The notes beneath the pieces are model-generated. The model made no database searches. It was not told where the DNA came from and worked only from the letters and a program-made list of their open reading frames with translations. A DNA stretch of 64,000 bases from Eledone cirrhosa (taxonomy: Eukaryota). The position numbers were made by a program, and so were the translations under genes. Positions within the stretch are counted from its first letter, which is position 1. Each line of letters opens with the position of its first letter. Shown here piece after piece: positions 11,588-25,919 of the stretch. The stretch covers positions 159,960,001 through 160,024,000 of the forward strand of contig OZ024740.1 of NCBI GenBank assembly GCA_964016885.1, read 5' to 3'.

Positions 11588-14028
11588 ATATAATGTATGC
11601 CTATATAATGTGAAGGGAACAAACTCTTATATACTGTACTGAGAAAATACTCTATCAGGCTTCTGGTTAATTGAGGCCATAAGCATGTACTTATTTTGCT
11701 TAATGACCAAACCTGAGCTGGACTGGCCCTTTGAATTATATATTTATAGTCCATCTTGAATTATAGTATTCTCCAAATATTAGTACACTTAACTCATTTG
11801 TTAATATATTTCTAATGAAACACACTTCCTATGTTTTTAAGATAATTTTGAATATATTCGAAAATTTAGAAGGGTTTAGTAATATAGCTAACTCTTCAGT
11901 TGTGTGAAGGACATGATGACCTCTCTATTGTTGGTGCTATGATAACATACACAGCACATGCTGTAGAGTGTGGGATAGAGTAAGTAAGATGAGATTTTGG
12001 CCCATCTGAGAGATCAGTGGCTGTGATTAGATACTGACTTGGTTGTGATGGCTTATCGAATACTTGCTAGCAGGGAAATTGGATGTTTGGATGTTCAAAG
12101 ATGTTGATGACAGACAGGTGAAAGGCAAAGTCATCATGGATAAGATTTGAATTCAGAGTGTTAAGAGACTCAGTATGTAAACATACTCAGTCTCACTATC
12201 AGATATTTTGTTTGTTTCTATGCTGAATAAAATTTTCGAATTTTATAAATTATTTATGTATAACTGAGAACAGCATGAAAGCTAGAGTTCCTTGCTACTA
12301 ATGATACAATCCATTAAAGATCGAAGTTGTGATGATAGTATGACTGAATTTATAACTCTTTTATCTTGGGCTTTTAAGCGAGAAATTCTTTCACACTGAG
12401 ATTGAATATACATTAACTGAATTTGAAAAAGAAGTCAATATGTCATTAAAATGCATATTTTCAATCATTACAATGCAATTCTTGCATCAGTGCAAGATCT
12501 TGTCTTTAATCTATGAATCTGCTACTACCTATCAACAAGTATGGCTTTGTGTGAATCTTTATAACTACACTATGCAAACACAAACATCTACACATTGTGT
12601 ATGTGTGTGAGTTCATGTAACTTATAAATGTGTGTTTATCTGTGAGTACATTGTCATCATTATAAATCTGCTTTCTATGTATGCATAAGTTGGAAAGGTT
12701 GTCACCCTCAAAGTCAGTTTTTATTTGAAGTTACAGCCTACTAGATGAGTTGGAGGACAATGTCTCCCTCGTACATTCCATTTTTGTCATGAATTCTCCA
12801 GCTGGATGTCCTTCCAAACATAATCATCATCATCACTTTACATTTGCTTTTCCCTTTTCACATGGATTGAACAAATCTTCTCCTGCAGGACAGCATACCA
12901 CTTTCAGAGACTTTTGTCAACTCCTTTGTGAGGTTTAACATCCTGAGATCAACTTTCACCACTTCTTAGCATATTTTCTTTGATCTTTTTCATTAATAGG
13001 TTTCTTCCACTTCCTTCTACATGTGCCTTTCTTTCTGGCATATTTCTATAGCTAGGTACACTTTCTGATGCTAAATTGTACTTCATTTTCAAACTGTTGA
13101 AATGCTGCACATAAAGAAACTGCAAAGCTTGTGTTAAATGGTGTTAATATGAAGACACTTGTGATGACTAACATGCACACTTATGCAAATATATATGGTA
13201 TATATATATATATATACTGTATCATCACCCTCCTCATCATTGTTTTAGTATCTGCTTTCTTGGCTACCAAAGGTAGGACGGGTTTACATAGATCAAGCGG
13301 AGCAACTAATCTCCCAGGCAGACCAGGGATATGTGTCTCACGATTGCACAAGAGAGGTTGTCATGTCTTTGACAAGATTTCTATGGATGGATGCCCTTCT
13401 TATCCCCAACCCCGTTACAGCATGTACTGGGTGCATTTATAGTGTAGATCACCATCACTAGTGAGGATGTCATGTCTTTGACATAACTGAAGAGTCCTCA
13501 TGTATAAGGTGCCATGCAGTAGGATTGATCCATGATCGTTTGCTTCAGAAGTAATCTTCTTATCCATGCAGCTTCACTTTATACATTGTATATAAATTGT
13601 TTTTTCTTTCTTTACATATTTCTTGTTTATTTATGTTTCTTGTTCTTCTCACCACTTCACTTCCATCTTATTATATATATTTTCTCACAAAAGGCCAATG
13701 TTTTGAAATTTGTATTTGTATTAACTTAGATAAAAAGCAAAACACATATAAACGATTGCAGTAACTAATAAAACAAACAAAAGAAACAAAAACGGAGATA
13801 TGATAGTGATGTGTTAGTTATTGTTATAGTAGTATTGGTGGCGGTGGTGGTTTCATGTTGGACCACACTGCATGGAATCTTGGGCAAGTATCTTTAGAGT
13901 ATTGTCAACTAGACCCAAGTTCTTTGAGGGAAATTGGGTAGGCAGAAATGGTGTGGAAACCTATAGGAGGGATTATACCAGTATTTCAAATGTCCAACTT
14001 TATCACATATTTTAGCTTGTGAATTACG

Positions 14029-14256
14029 TTAACCCTTTAGCATTTACATTACTCTATATATACTATTGTATTTTCACAGTAAAGGTTTTATTTCACATAA
14101 TTATCTTACATAATTTCAAAGCTATGAGAGTTTGATACTATTTATTTTGAGAACAATACCTTAACATCAGTATGAGCGACCAGTTACAGCCAGTTGAAAC
14201 AGAAAGAGGTGAGAGAATTCTGGCTGGATATGGCCGGTTTAAATTGAAAGGTTTAA
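14029..14256. mobile_element. piggyBac-like MITE (TTAA-flanked); related copies at about 7122-7200 and 11110-11320
   Basis: TTAA-CCCTTTAGCATTT...AAATTGAAAGGT-TTAA; internal sequence shared between copies. Confidence 0.65.
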
Positions 14257-14973
14257 AGGTGCACAGATCTGTGGAATGCTCATCCACAAACAAGTTGGAT
14301 ATTTAGTTGATTATACAACTGAATACTTCTCATTGAAACCAATGATGGCTCCATCAATATAATTGGTTGTAGTGGTGGTGATGGTGATAATGATGGTAGT
14401 GGTTGTGTTAGAGGTAATGTTGGTAGTGTTAGTAGTAGTGACAGTGTTTAATTAGGAAACACTTGAGTGACTAACACTGTTAGTGTTAATTTTAAACAAG
14501 AAATGGTTTTAATTGATAAACATTGTTTCATCAGCTTTGAAATAAAAAAATAAAAAATTATACAATTTGAACATAACCGATTCTAAAGTGACAATATTAT
14601 TTATTTATGATAATAATAACAATAATAATAATAGCAATAATTACAATAATAATAATAATGAGGATAATTTTTTTATTTTGTTAAAAGTCATTTAATGTAA
14701 TGTTCTGTCACAAAAACAATAACAACAACAACACAAATTTCAACACTAATGTATATTCATTTCCAATTTCTTTTTATCTACACTGTAATTCTTGGTGAAA
14801 ATGTCTTCAAAAAGAATTTTTTTATTTTATTTAGAAGTTAAATTGAAAAAACTATCAAAATAACATATAACAAAGTAAGAAGTCAAATCAAATCTTTTTT
14901 AAGATCAAAAGAGCCAAAGTGGAGCTTTTAAATTTACGCACACGCATACATACTTACATATATGTATATTCAT

Positions 14974-15027
<54 letters not shown>

Positions 15028-15075
15028 CACACACATATGTATGTATATATGTGTATATATATATATATGTGCAAG

Positions 15076-15107
<32 letters not shown>

Positions 15108-15890
15108 CAAACACACACACTGTACATATATTTGTGTGTATATATGTATATATATTTATATGTGCATGTATGTATATATATATATATAAATATATCATCA
15201 TCATCATCATACACCTATTTTCCATGCTTGCATGGGTTAGATAGGTTGTCATGTTCTGAGACATGACCGGCAGGCCAAATGACTATATCTTGCTCATATA
15301 TTCCATGTTAGAATGGTTTCTACAAATAGATGCTCTTTCTAATATTAACCGCTTCACAGTGTGTGCTATTTTTTTCGTGGCACAACAACTACCACCTGGC
15401 AGAGTGGACAGGCTGCTTCTTTTCCTGGTATCAGCATTACAACTTTAAAGTGTGGGTTGGTGCATGTTATTGTGACCACAACACATCCCTATTCCAGTGT
15501 AGGCTGAGTGCATTTTTTTGTAGAACCAGTACTACTACATTTTAATATTAGGTTGTTAGTATCCTCAGCTGGGCTGGGGAGGATAATGATAGGGAGCTGT
15601 GGATCAGGAGAGCCATATTTAGACTGCCAATGGAAGGAAGGATCGTCCTAGAGTGAGTGAGTGATCTCTGATGATATTGTGGTGTCAGCTACACTTTCGA
15701 TACTGGCATGGATAAGCAAGAGGAGGAGATTCAAGCATACATTTGGCAGTGGAGAAGAGGAGGGTATGTGTTGGCTCATGAGGTTGTCTTTGTGAGGAGG
15801 AGAGAAACAGTGAAAATCCATCTGCCTTTGAGTAGGAGTCAAGGATGTGAATGAAGGGGAATATATATATGATTGTTGTTTTAATGTCAA

Positions 15891-16323
15891 TAATAAAAGA
15901 TTGGAGGCCATATTCAGTTAATTCATGTTTATTTAAAATTTATTATACATATTTCACTGAGGACTATCAGTTATGATAGCCTGGGCTAAAATAAACATTG
16001 AAAGTTCCTAAGAAACATTTAAATTTGGAAAAATCCAATAATTTCCCTGAAAAAGATTTTCTTCTCATGATACAGGGGGCCAGCCAAATGTGTGGTGTTG
16101 TTTCTTCAACAACCAGCTTCTGTATTACGAATAGAAAATCTTTTTCGAAGAAATTATTGGATTTTTCCAAATTTAAATGTTTCTTTAGGATCTTGCAATG
16201 TTTATTTTAGATTTTGCCATCTGAAGAGCTCAGCTATTATAACTGATAATCCTCAGTGAAATATGTATAGCAGAGTTTTAAATAAACCTGAATCAACTGA
16301 ATATGGCCTCTGATATTTTATTA
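15891..16323. repeat. Long imperfect palindrome (Penelope-type inverted pLTR) with hammerhead motif in the right arm
   Basis: Arms of about 185-200 bp. At 16214-16273: TTGCCAT-CTGAAGA-G...CTATTA TAAC TGATAA...CTCAGT-GAAA-TATG-TA-TAGCAG. Confidence 0.85.
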
Positions 16324-16501
16324 ATATATAATGCTCTAACTTGCACCATTTATACAGGTTGTTGAGCGCTTCTTTTTATCTGCTTCACAACCAACAGACC
16401 ATAATGTGCTCCTCATATTTCTGTTCATACTCTAATATATATATATACAATGAAAAAAAGTGGGGATGCTAGAAAAAAGTTCTATACAGATCCCATTATA
16501 T

Positions 16502-16662
16502 ATGGAACATGATAACAAAAAAAGGGTTTGCAAAGCGCACTTGGTATATATATAAAAAGGATCTTTACAACATGTACATGTGTTATAAACACCCTTTTTA
16601 TATTTATTATACTATGCGCAAGGTGGGTTTTTTTAACTCTTTTTTTTATTATCATTTTCCAT
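16502..16662. repeat. Degenerate inverted repeat
   Basis: ATGGAACATGATAACAAAAAAAGGGTT vs AACTCTTTTTTTTATTATCATTTTCCAT; centre ACATGTACATGT. Confidence 0.6.
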
Positions 16663-17077
16663 TATATGTACATATATATATATATATATATATGATTATT
16701 ACTAAATCCAATACTACAATGAAGACATGACATGGAAAAATGCAAGGACGCACATTTCATTGAATAAAGTCAACTTGAAGTGCTTAAAATTAAAAGAGAA
16801 TGCTTTTCCTTTGAGATCGCTCAACAAAACATTCATTTCTCCATATTATTTGTTCATTGTAATATTGTATTTAATAATATATTAAAACTATAGACTGAAT
16901 AGACTGAGTGATTGACACCTTGGATATCTTTATCAAATTACCACTATATACATTTATTTATTTGTGTGTGTGTGTGTATCATCATCATCATCATCATCTA
17001 TTTTAACAAGACTAGAATTTATTTGAGAGATATTTGAGCATGTTTAGGTAATTCAATATCAACAATTCTTTAGATAC

Positions 17078-17296
17078 TTAACCTTTTAGATGCTAGTTTA
17101 AAATGACGATATTTGAAGAAATTGTAACATTTTGCACATTTCAAAAGTGGTTGTTTTTCAATCTATCATTTCTAGAATGTATAAAATTATGATGTAATGT
17201 TTAAATACAAGAAGTATGAACACTTAGAAATGAATTGTTCTGTATAACATACAATACCAGAAGTAGTTTCAGACAGGGTGGTATCTAATGGTTTAA
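17078..17296. mobile_element. Second TTAA-flanked piggyBac-like MITE family; related copy at 39887-40100
   Basis: TTAACCTTTTAGAT...ATCTAATGGTTTAA; shared CCAG.AG.AGTTTCAGACAG..TGGTA.C motif. Confidence 0.5.
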
Positions 17297-17368
17297 GTTT
17301 GCTAAATGTTTTACCAGTAATATATTTCAATTGCTTCAATTGGCAATCCTTCCTCTCCCTTCTACACA

Positions 17369-17630
17369 TTGCAAACAAATGATTTTGCTCATTTCCAGAT
17401 CTTGGATTCTATGGTGACAGTGAGGATGACTGCATCTGTAGTCAAACTTAATAAAATTCTAAAATATCAAGAATTATCTACAAATATTTATTTTCAGCTT
17501 GTGTCATTTGAGCCATCTGGGGGAGCTAGGCTGCTGACAATGAGGTTCTTGTCATTACTAATCCATAGTAATTCAGTGAGTGTATTGGCTTAACTAAAAA
17601 ATTATTAGAGGGAAACTCCAGTGTCCCTTG
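17369..17630 (+). mobile_element. Possible CRE/R2-group LINE restriction-like endonuclease C-terminal remnant
   Basis: TASVVKLNKILKYQELSTNIYFQLVSFEPSGGARLLTMRFL...EGNS resembles the K..KY..L...Y.F.P...ET.G..G...FL...Q.GN motif. Confidence 0.5.
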
Positions 17631-18288
17631 TGTCATGTGATTGAGTGTGTATGTCTTCTCCCCCTTTCGTTTCCTTTTTAAATTATAAATTGTATTCTTT
17701 TGTATGCATTCTATCAAAAATATAACTACTGTAATACAGTAGGAATTTAACACACACACACACACATATTTATATGAGAGTATGAGAGAGAGAGAGGGAG
17801 AGAGAAAGATATGTATATATAGATAATTTAAGTGACTCTGAAAGCAAAATTAAATGACTTCTTGCACAGAATCTGCCCAAGTCAAAATTTACGTTGTGTA
17901 GGCCTAAGACGAAAGATTGATTGTCAATTGACCATACACACTACTTTACAAAGTTTAATTCAGTGTCTATCTATTTAAAATAAATCAATACTTTAGGATT
18001 GATTGAATGGATCATTGCCTGCCTAGATATTATGAAAATCTTTGTGCTTAGTTGAAAGTTATCTGGCATTATATATTCTTAAATCGGCCTTACTGCCATG
18101 ATCTGTAATCTTATCTCTCCATCATTAATAAGAATTTGTGTCTTATGACGGATGCATTTAATACAGTGGATCTAGCTTCTTAAATCCTTCATTATATACT
18201 AGCTGCCCTTGTGGAAATTTCATGGTTTAATGAGAAACAACCATGAAGTATTAAAGATCAATATCACAGTTTATATGTTTTAGGTATA

Positions 18289-18325
<37 letters not shown>

Positions 18326-18681
18326 GCACTTATACATCCATACACACACACACATACACACATTATATGCAGTACATAATTGCATATATACAACAAAACA
18401 AAATATATCAAATTGAACAAATGACTGAAATTACCAAAGTGAAATATTCTACTCATTTATAATTTGAAGATAAACAAAGTTGTTTATACTGTATTGGTAA
18501 AATAAACAATTTTGGCACCACCAACACTGCTATTTCTCTCTCTCACCATCACTTTCTATAATATGACTGAAGATTAAAAATGCAATTCTGCATCCAATTC
18601 TGTCTCACCATCTTTCTACCCTACCTCTCTCTCTTCCTCTCTCTCTTCCTCTCTCTCCTACTATCTCTTTATCTATTTCCC

Positions 18682-21219
18682 AATTCGGTCTTTGCAAGAC
18701 AAAGATGGACGCATTATACTTGAATCCAAGCAGATGTGCACAGCCTTCCAGCAGCATTTTGCACAACTGTTTGGGAAAAGCGATACGTCCTGCGAGGTGA
18801 TGGACTTCAGCTCCTACCTTGACGGCATACCACGACTCTCGAGCACGGATGCAGAGAGCTGCAAAAGGCCGATTACAGTGAGCGAAATAGAGGATGCCCT
18901 AGGCCACTGCGGGAAATGAAAATCACCCGGTTTAGATGGTTTACCCTATGAGTTTTACATAGGCATGCCAGACTTGTTCTCTGGCATCCTCAAAGAGGTC
19001 GACTGCCACTGGCAGCAGAACGGGAGGATTTCCAGTTCTGTAGGCAGAGGCATAGTAACGCTGATCAGGAAAGATGAGGACAAGGGGGGATGAAATAAGC
19101 AATTTCAGGCCCATAACTCTGCTCAACACAGAGTTAAAGATTTAGGCCAAGGTGTTAGCAATGAGGCTGGCGCTTGTCGTTGAGAACCTGATAGGGGAAC
19201 CGCAAACATGTGCAATCCCAACCAGGTCCATACACGACAACATCCACCTCATGCAATACATCATAGAGAGGGTAGGGTGTAAACCTGGCTTCGGTGGGGC
19301 TCTGATCAATTTAGATCAGTCTAAGGCATTTGATAGGGTCGACCATCAATACTTGGAAGTGGTTCTCAAGGCGGCCGGCTTTGGTCCTATCTTCAGAGGC
19401 TGGATCACTGCCATGCACACCAGCATCGGCTCGGCAGTCAAGGTGAATGGCTACCTAACAGAGCCATTCCAAATCATGCGTTCCATCCATCAGGAATGCC
19501 CTCACTCCTCCATTCTGTATGTACTGACTCTCAAGCTGTTACTGTGGAAGTTGGAACTGTTGCAGGGCATCCCGATCGAACCAGGACTGTGGAAAGCAGC
19601 GTCAGCCTATGCCGACGACATAACCGTAATGGTGTCGAAAAACTCGGACATCGGGGTAATCGGCAACCTATTACAGGAATATGAAACGTTGACAGGAGCA
19701 AGACTAAACCCAACCAAGTCTGTTGGTTTGCAACTTGGCACATGGAGATGCAAACGCATACCTTCCGACAGTGTTGTTGGACACTGGACGGAAGGACCGG
19801 TGAAATTGCTCGGGGTCTGGTTTGGTCCAGATCTCCAGGTGGACAAGAAATGGAATGAGGTCTCGGTGAAGGTGTTTGCGCTCACCCAGAAGTGGGCTGA
19901 GTGTGAACTCTCCTTGAAAGGTCGAGCAGAGGTGGTGAACACTTACATAGCGTCCGTCATCTACTACTGCTTGACAGTCATGCCTTGCCCCTGCGAATAC
20001 CTCACCAACATGGAATGTCTACTCTTCAAGTTCCTCTGGAAGAAACAGGCTCCATTGGTGAGGAGATCCATCTGCTGTCAAGACCCTTCTAATAGGGCTG
20101 GGCATGCCGTGGCTGATGATGTGCAAACATGCGCTGAGGCTACGCCATCTCCAGGTATTCCTGACCAGTGAACCGGTGTGGCTGTCGTTTGTGAGATAAG
20201 CTCTTCCACAACTCATCTTACTAACAGAGCTGCAGTCCTGGGTCAAGCAAAGACCGAAAATGGGTGCCTGGCACCTCGAATGCCTACAGTCACTCACAGC
20301 CCTCTACCAAGCGGAAACGGCAATTAGCGGTGACTCCACTTCGACATTCTATACGGGATTAGTAGAGGATAAGTGCGACGACGTTCTTGGAGAAACTCTA
20401 GGCATCGAGGACGAACTGACCAGTCTGTTCGAGAGGACTTTCCTTCGAGGGCCTATCGATAACTTCCAGAGGTCTCTGGACTGGCAGTGCTACTGAGGAG
20501 CTCTACCAGTTCGAGACAAAATCTACAGGTACGGACGCCCTGGCAGAGATCCTGCCAAAAGGACCTGTCCAAGATGCGAGCAGGACATCGAAACCGTTCT
20601 GCACACAATTGTTCAGTGCCCAGGGGTGACCGACTTGTGGAATTATGTCGAACAGCTGCTGTCACGTGTGGGATGCATCCAGTTGTCAACCGAGTCCATT
20701 GTGACGATCACCCCGCCGCCTTCATTTAAGCATGAAGGAGGGGCAGTTTTCCTCTGTCTGGTGGCTATGGCGAAAGAGGTAATGTGGTGGACGAGGTTAA
20801 AAGGACTGAGGGTAAACACCTTTCTCTCCGGACAACAACTTATCCCCTTCTTTAAGTATCACTTCAGAAGGAAGGTGAGAGTGGAGAGAGAGGTGCTACA
20901 TCCCAGTAAATTCGCTGAAAGGTGGGTGAATGTGGCGAAAATGGCCCAAGTGAATGGGCCTTCTCTGTATATAAACCTGTAGGTTGAGGAAGATAAACAG
21001 AGGGAAGACAGGAACACCTACAAAACGTTTTCCTGGCGTTGAGGTTGTTCTATCTACGGGGTGTAAAATAACCTTGCAGTAACGTTCCTCCCTATTGGGG
21101 ATTTCAATTGTTATTTTATTATATATTGTTTATTGTTAAAGTTATTTTTATGTAAAACCCCTGCCGTCACGTCTTGTAATGTCCCATTTTTGTATGCCCC
21201 TGTGGCAAATAAATAAAGA
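18682..21219 (+). mobile_element. Tx1/L1-clade LINE, 5'-truncated, disrupted ORF2
   Basis: KSPGLDGLP, FRPITLLN, LDQSKAFDRVDH, AYADD, C-terminal CPRC...H....C knuckle, AATAAA end; 12-bp TSD TATCTATTTCCC at 18670-18681 and 21220-21231. Confidence 0.92.
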
Positions 21220-21319
21220 TATCTATTTCCCCTCTTCTGTCACCCCCTCGCACACTTACCACCCCCTTTCAACAACAAGACAGACGTTTTATTCCCCAGT
21301 TACACCAATTTTAATATAA

Positions 21320-22200
21320 GAATATGGTGGTTGTAGTAGTAGTAGAAGTGATATATTGAGATGGTGCTTGTTGTTGTTGGCAGCGGTGGTGGGATGGTTG
21401 TTAGTTTAGTTGAAGGATGTAGTGATAGTAGTGGTGGTCATCGTAGCAATATTAGTAGTAGTAGTAGTAGCAGCAGCAGCAGCAGCAACACTGGTGGATT
21501 AAGGTGTCTTAAGATGGAAGAAAGATAGAGAAAAGATTACTATGGTTGGATGCAATAGGAGTAATTTAGTTTGTAGTAGTAGTAGTAGTAATAGTAGCAG
21601 CACTAGTGGGGGTGGTAGTAGTAGCTACAGTGATAACAGTGGTATTAGTGGTGGTGGCAGTGCTAATGATCATCATGAGAGTGATAGTGGTGGTGGTAGT
21701 ATTATTGTTAGGGGTGTAGTGGTAGTAGCAGCAATGGTGGCTGTGGTGGTTGTAGTGAACACTGGTGGTGGTGGTGATAGTAATAGTGGTCATTGTGGTA
21801 GTGTCAGTAGTCATGGTGGTAATGTTGATAGTGATTGTGATGATGGTCATTGCGGTAGTGAAGACAGACATGGTGGTGGTGGTGGCACTTGTAGTAGTAT
21901 CAGTATTAGTAGTAATAGTAGTTAATATTGATGATGGATTAAAGTGGTGCCTGGAGATAGAGAAAATTACCGAAGAATTGAAAGTAATGGATGAATGCTG
22001 GCTGGCCTCTTTGTGTCTTTCTTAACTATACTGTCTTTGATACACTGAAGTTGTAAATACCACTGATGATGGTGATGATGATGACCTCTGTGTCTTAACC
22101 ATACTCACTTTGATATACTGATGTTGTAATACCATTGATGATGGTAATAGCAAGGATTTCAAGATGATAGTAGAGGTGGTAGGGGATAGGGAGAAAATTG
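21320..22200. repeat. (GGT/AGT/GAT)n low-complexity region
   Basis: Directly visible. Confidence 0.9.
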
Positions 22201-22340
22201 TATGTGGATGATGGTAGTAATAGGAATGGCTTTGAAGAGTATTTTTGATAATTTATTTCTAGGATATAATTATATGAATATTCAACATAGATGTATATAT
22301 GGCATATAGGAATGAGAATTGGGTGAGAAATGTTAGAAAA

Positions 22341-22526
22341 ATAATTGTTTCTACTTTTGGCACAAGGCCAGCAATTACCCAGTACATTACTGGTACCTTA
22401 TTTTATCGACCCCATAAGGATGAAAGGCAAAGTTGACCTCGGCGGGATTTGAACTCAGAATGGAAAGGGCCGTAATTCTATGCGTCAAAGCATGACGTCC
22501 GACCCTCTACCGATACTGCCAATCCA
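22341..22526 (-). mobile_element. tRNA-derived SINE (family 2)
   Basis: Same as 11400-11587; flanked by AAAAATAAT repeat. Confidence 0.82.
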
Positions 22527-24194
22527 AAAAATAATGCTTTTCAAGGAATAAATGTAGAGTTAGAACCCAGGATTTCTTTTATTGGAAAGCAATTGTCCTA
22601 CTGTAGCAACATGATTGAGAAATGAAATGCATTGTATTTGTGAATCTTTGCTTAAAACTTAGTTAGACTATATATATATATATATCACATGCATACTCAC
22701 ATGTTCACCTACATGTACATTGATTACCTCCCTTCCTAAACCTCTCTAACGTGGAAGATACCACTTGACCAGCCACTCTTCAAGATGGCCAATGAAATGC
22801 GCATGCATTTTTTCCTCCTCCTTTTTTGCCCCATTTTTCCTTGTTCCTTCAACTTATCACTGTTTACTTTCTATTTATTTTATATTTCAAACTCTATCTT
22901 ATGATGAAGAAGTATTTTCCAAAATGTTAAGACTCTCTTCCCACTATTTCAAGCATTAAACTAATACATTTCTTCGAAGACCTCTTGTTTTTGAAGCAAC
23001 TCCTTCACCACCAGCCATGCCTATGCTTAATTCTTATGATCTATCTATGTATTCTATTGTTTATTTATAATATTTGTATGTACTCATTATCATAGTCTGC
23101 AGTTGGTCTAATTTTATACATGTTAATTATTATGGTCTATCTATGTGTTTGAATCTTATGGTATACCTGGTATTTTATAGTCTATCCTCATATCTTATCT
23201 ATATTTCTATATACTAATACTTATAGTCTATCTTCATACAGCTGTAATCTATTTATAGTCTACCTTTGTATGTACTAATTCTTATTGTCTAACTTTGCAT
23301 CATATAGTCTGTTTGTATATACTAATTCTTACTATCTATATTTAAGCAATTAGATTTACTTAATAGTATTCTTTCCTCATTAACAACTAAAAGTTTAGAA
23401 ACCATTGTTAATCATATTGACAGTAATTATCTTTGAATAAATCTAAAAGTAAAACAAAAATCAAAACAATTAAAAACCTAGGTGAAGGAGGAAAAAAAAC
23501 TTTTTTTTACTGTAAAAAAATTATATATTAAAAAATTTTAACGAGTTAGTAAAATGTTAAATATTATTATTTTGAGTAAAATAACAAAATAAAGTGTTAA
23601 TATATAGATAAACAAATTATTTTACTAACACTGGAAATAGAACTTTGAGAGAAGTATATTGTTTTTAATTTTGAAACATTGAAAATAAATTGGAAGATGA
23701 TCAGGTGTCAAGCAATTTCAAAAAGATAATATATTCAACATCTATTTTCAATTTAATTGTGTTTCATTATTTTCTGACATAAAAAGAAAGGAGAAAGAAA
23801 TTTGTTAGCAATCATCATCATGTTTACTTTTCATGCTGGCAAGTGAACAAGTGGTCATGTCAGAGAATCACATGTTGTTCACATACCACACAGAATAGCA
23901 TGACAAAGTTTCACATGAAAGTTTTTACTGATTAAAACTATTTACAAACAATTCACAGACTTGTTAATCAAGCAAAACGAAAATTTCATCTGAGTGCATT
24001 CAGTATCAGATGCAAAAGTGAAAAAAAATATATATATGTGTATGTATGTATATATGTATATATATATATGTATGTATATATATATGCATATATGTATATA
24101 TATGTATGTATATATATGTATATATGTATGTATATATATATTTCTGTATGTATATATATATATGTATGTATATATATATGTTTATATATATATG

Positions 24195-24234
<40 letters not shown>

Positions 24235-24284
24235 TGTATATATATGTATATGTATGTATATATATATGTATATATATGTATATG

Positions 24285-24329
<45 letters not shown>

Positions 24330-24406
24330 GTATATATATATGTATATGTATGTGTATATGTATATGTATGTATATATATATATATATATATATTTATGTA
24401 TATATG

Positions 24407-24436
<30 letters not shown>

Positions 24437-24438
<2 letters not shown>

Positions 24439-25695
24439 GAGAAGGCCTTTGATAGGGTACCCCGATCTGTCATCTGGTGGTCCCTAAGGAAGCTGGGTGT
24501 TGAGGAATGGCTTGTAAGGACAGTGCAAACTTTGTACAGAGGTACTCTCAGTAAAGTCAGGGTAGGAATGGAGTTTAGTGAGGAATTCCAGATACAAGTA
24601 GGAGTACATCAGGGTTCGGTCCTCAGCCCGCTCTTGTTCATTATAGTCCTCCAAGCCATAACAGAGGAGTTTAAGACTGGCTGTCCATGGGAACTTCTCT
24701 ATGCTGACGATCTGGCTCTTATGGCAGAATCAGTAGAGGAGCTAGAGAATAAATTCCGGCTATGGAAACAGCAGTTGGAAGCAAGAGAGTAAATCTAGCT
24801 CAGACAAAAGTGTTGATGAGTAGAAAAGAGGACAAAACCCTGATTCCGTCAGGGAAATGGCCATGTTCGATATGCAGAAAAGGAACTGGCATAAATTCTA
24901 TAAAATGCACACAATGTAGGTCCTGGGTACACAAGAGATGTAGCGGGATAGCAGGCAAACTAACAGGTAGGGAGAACTATGTATGCAGTAGATGTACAGG
25001 GAAATTAGACAGTAGAAGTCGCACTGATAGACACATTTTTCAAATGCGAGAGGGCGCTATAGAAGTGGTGGATAGCTTCCGGTACCTAGGAGATCAAATT
25101 AGCATGGGAGGAGGGTGTTCCGAGGCCATAGTATCTAGAATAAGGACGGGTTGGAAGAAGTTTAGGGAGCTGCTTCCTCTGTTGACGAAGAAGGGTTTCT
25201 CCCTGCGTACGAAAGGCCGGTTGTATGATGCCTGTGTGAGGAGCGCGATGCTGCATGGTAGTGAGACATGGGCAGCTACCGCAGAAGATATGCGACGGCT
25301 GGAGAGAAATGAGGCAAGCATGCTCCGTTGGATGTGCAGTGTAAATGTGCGTGAACGACCCAGCATAAATGTGTTGAGAGAGAAACTGTGTCTGAGAGGG
25401 ATAGAATGTAGTGTACGGGAGAGGAGACTGAGGTGGTATGGACATGTGATGCGCATGGAGGATGACCGATGGGTGAAGAAGTGCCAGGAAATGCCAGTTG
25501 AAGGAAGACGTGGTAGAGGTCGACCACGAAAAACATGGGCGGAGGTGGTGAGAACAGACCTCAGATCATTGAAGCTCACGGTGGAGATGACGAGGGACCG
25601 TGACGAGTGGAGAGATGCTGTGCTGAATAAGACCCGTCCCACCCTTGCAAGCAGGGAAAAGCGGACGTAAAATGATGATGATGATGATGATGATG
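24437..25695 (+). mobile_element. RTE LINE 3' half (family A), one frameshift
   Basis: [29 protein letters not shown]4HC3 finger, [32 protein letters not shown]; the stop is followed directly by (GAT)n. Confidence 0.96.
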
Positions 25696-25919
25696 TATGT
25701 GTATATATATATATATATGTATGTGTATATGTATATATATGTATGTGTATATATATATATTTATGTGTATATATATATATGTATGTATGTATATATATAT
25801 ATGTATGTATATATATATATGTATGTATATATATATATGTATGTATATATATATGTATGTATATATATATATATGTATGTATATATATATATGTATATGT
25901 ATGTGTATATATATATATG

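Noticed and set aside
15967-16210. Two similar antiparallel ORFs
   Set aside because: By-product of the palindrome; the same applies to 47016-47309 and 47635-47850.
21542-22025. Gly/Ser-rich ORF
   Set aside because: Low-complexity trinucleotide region.
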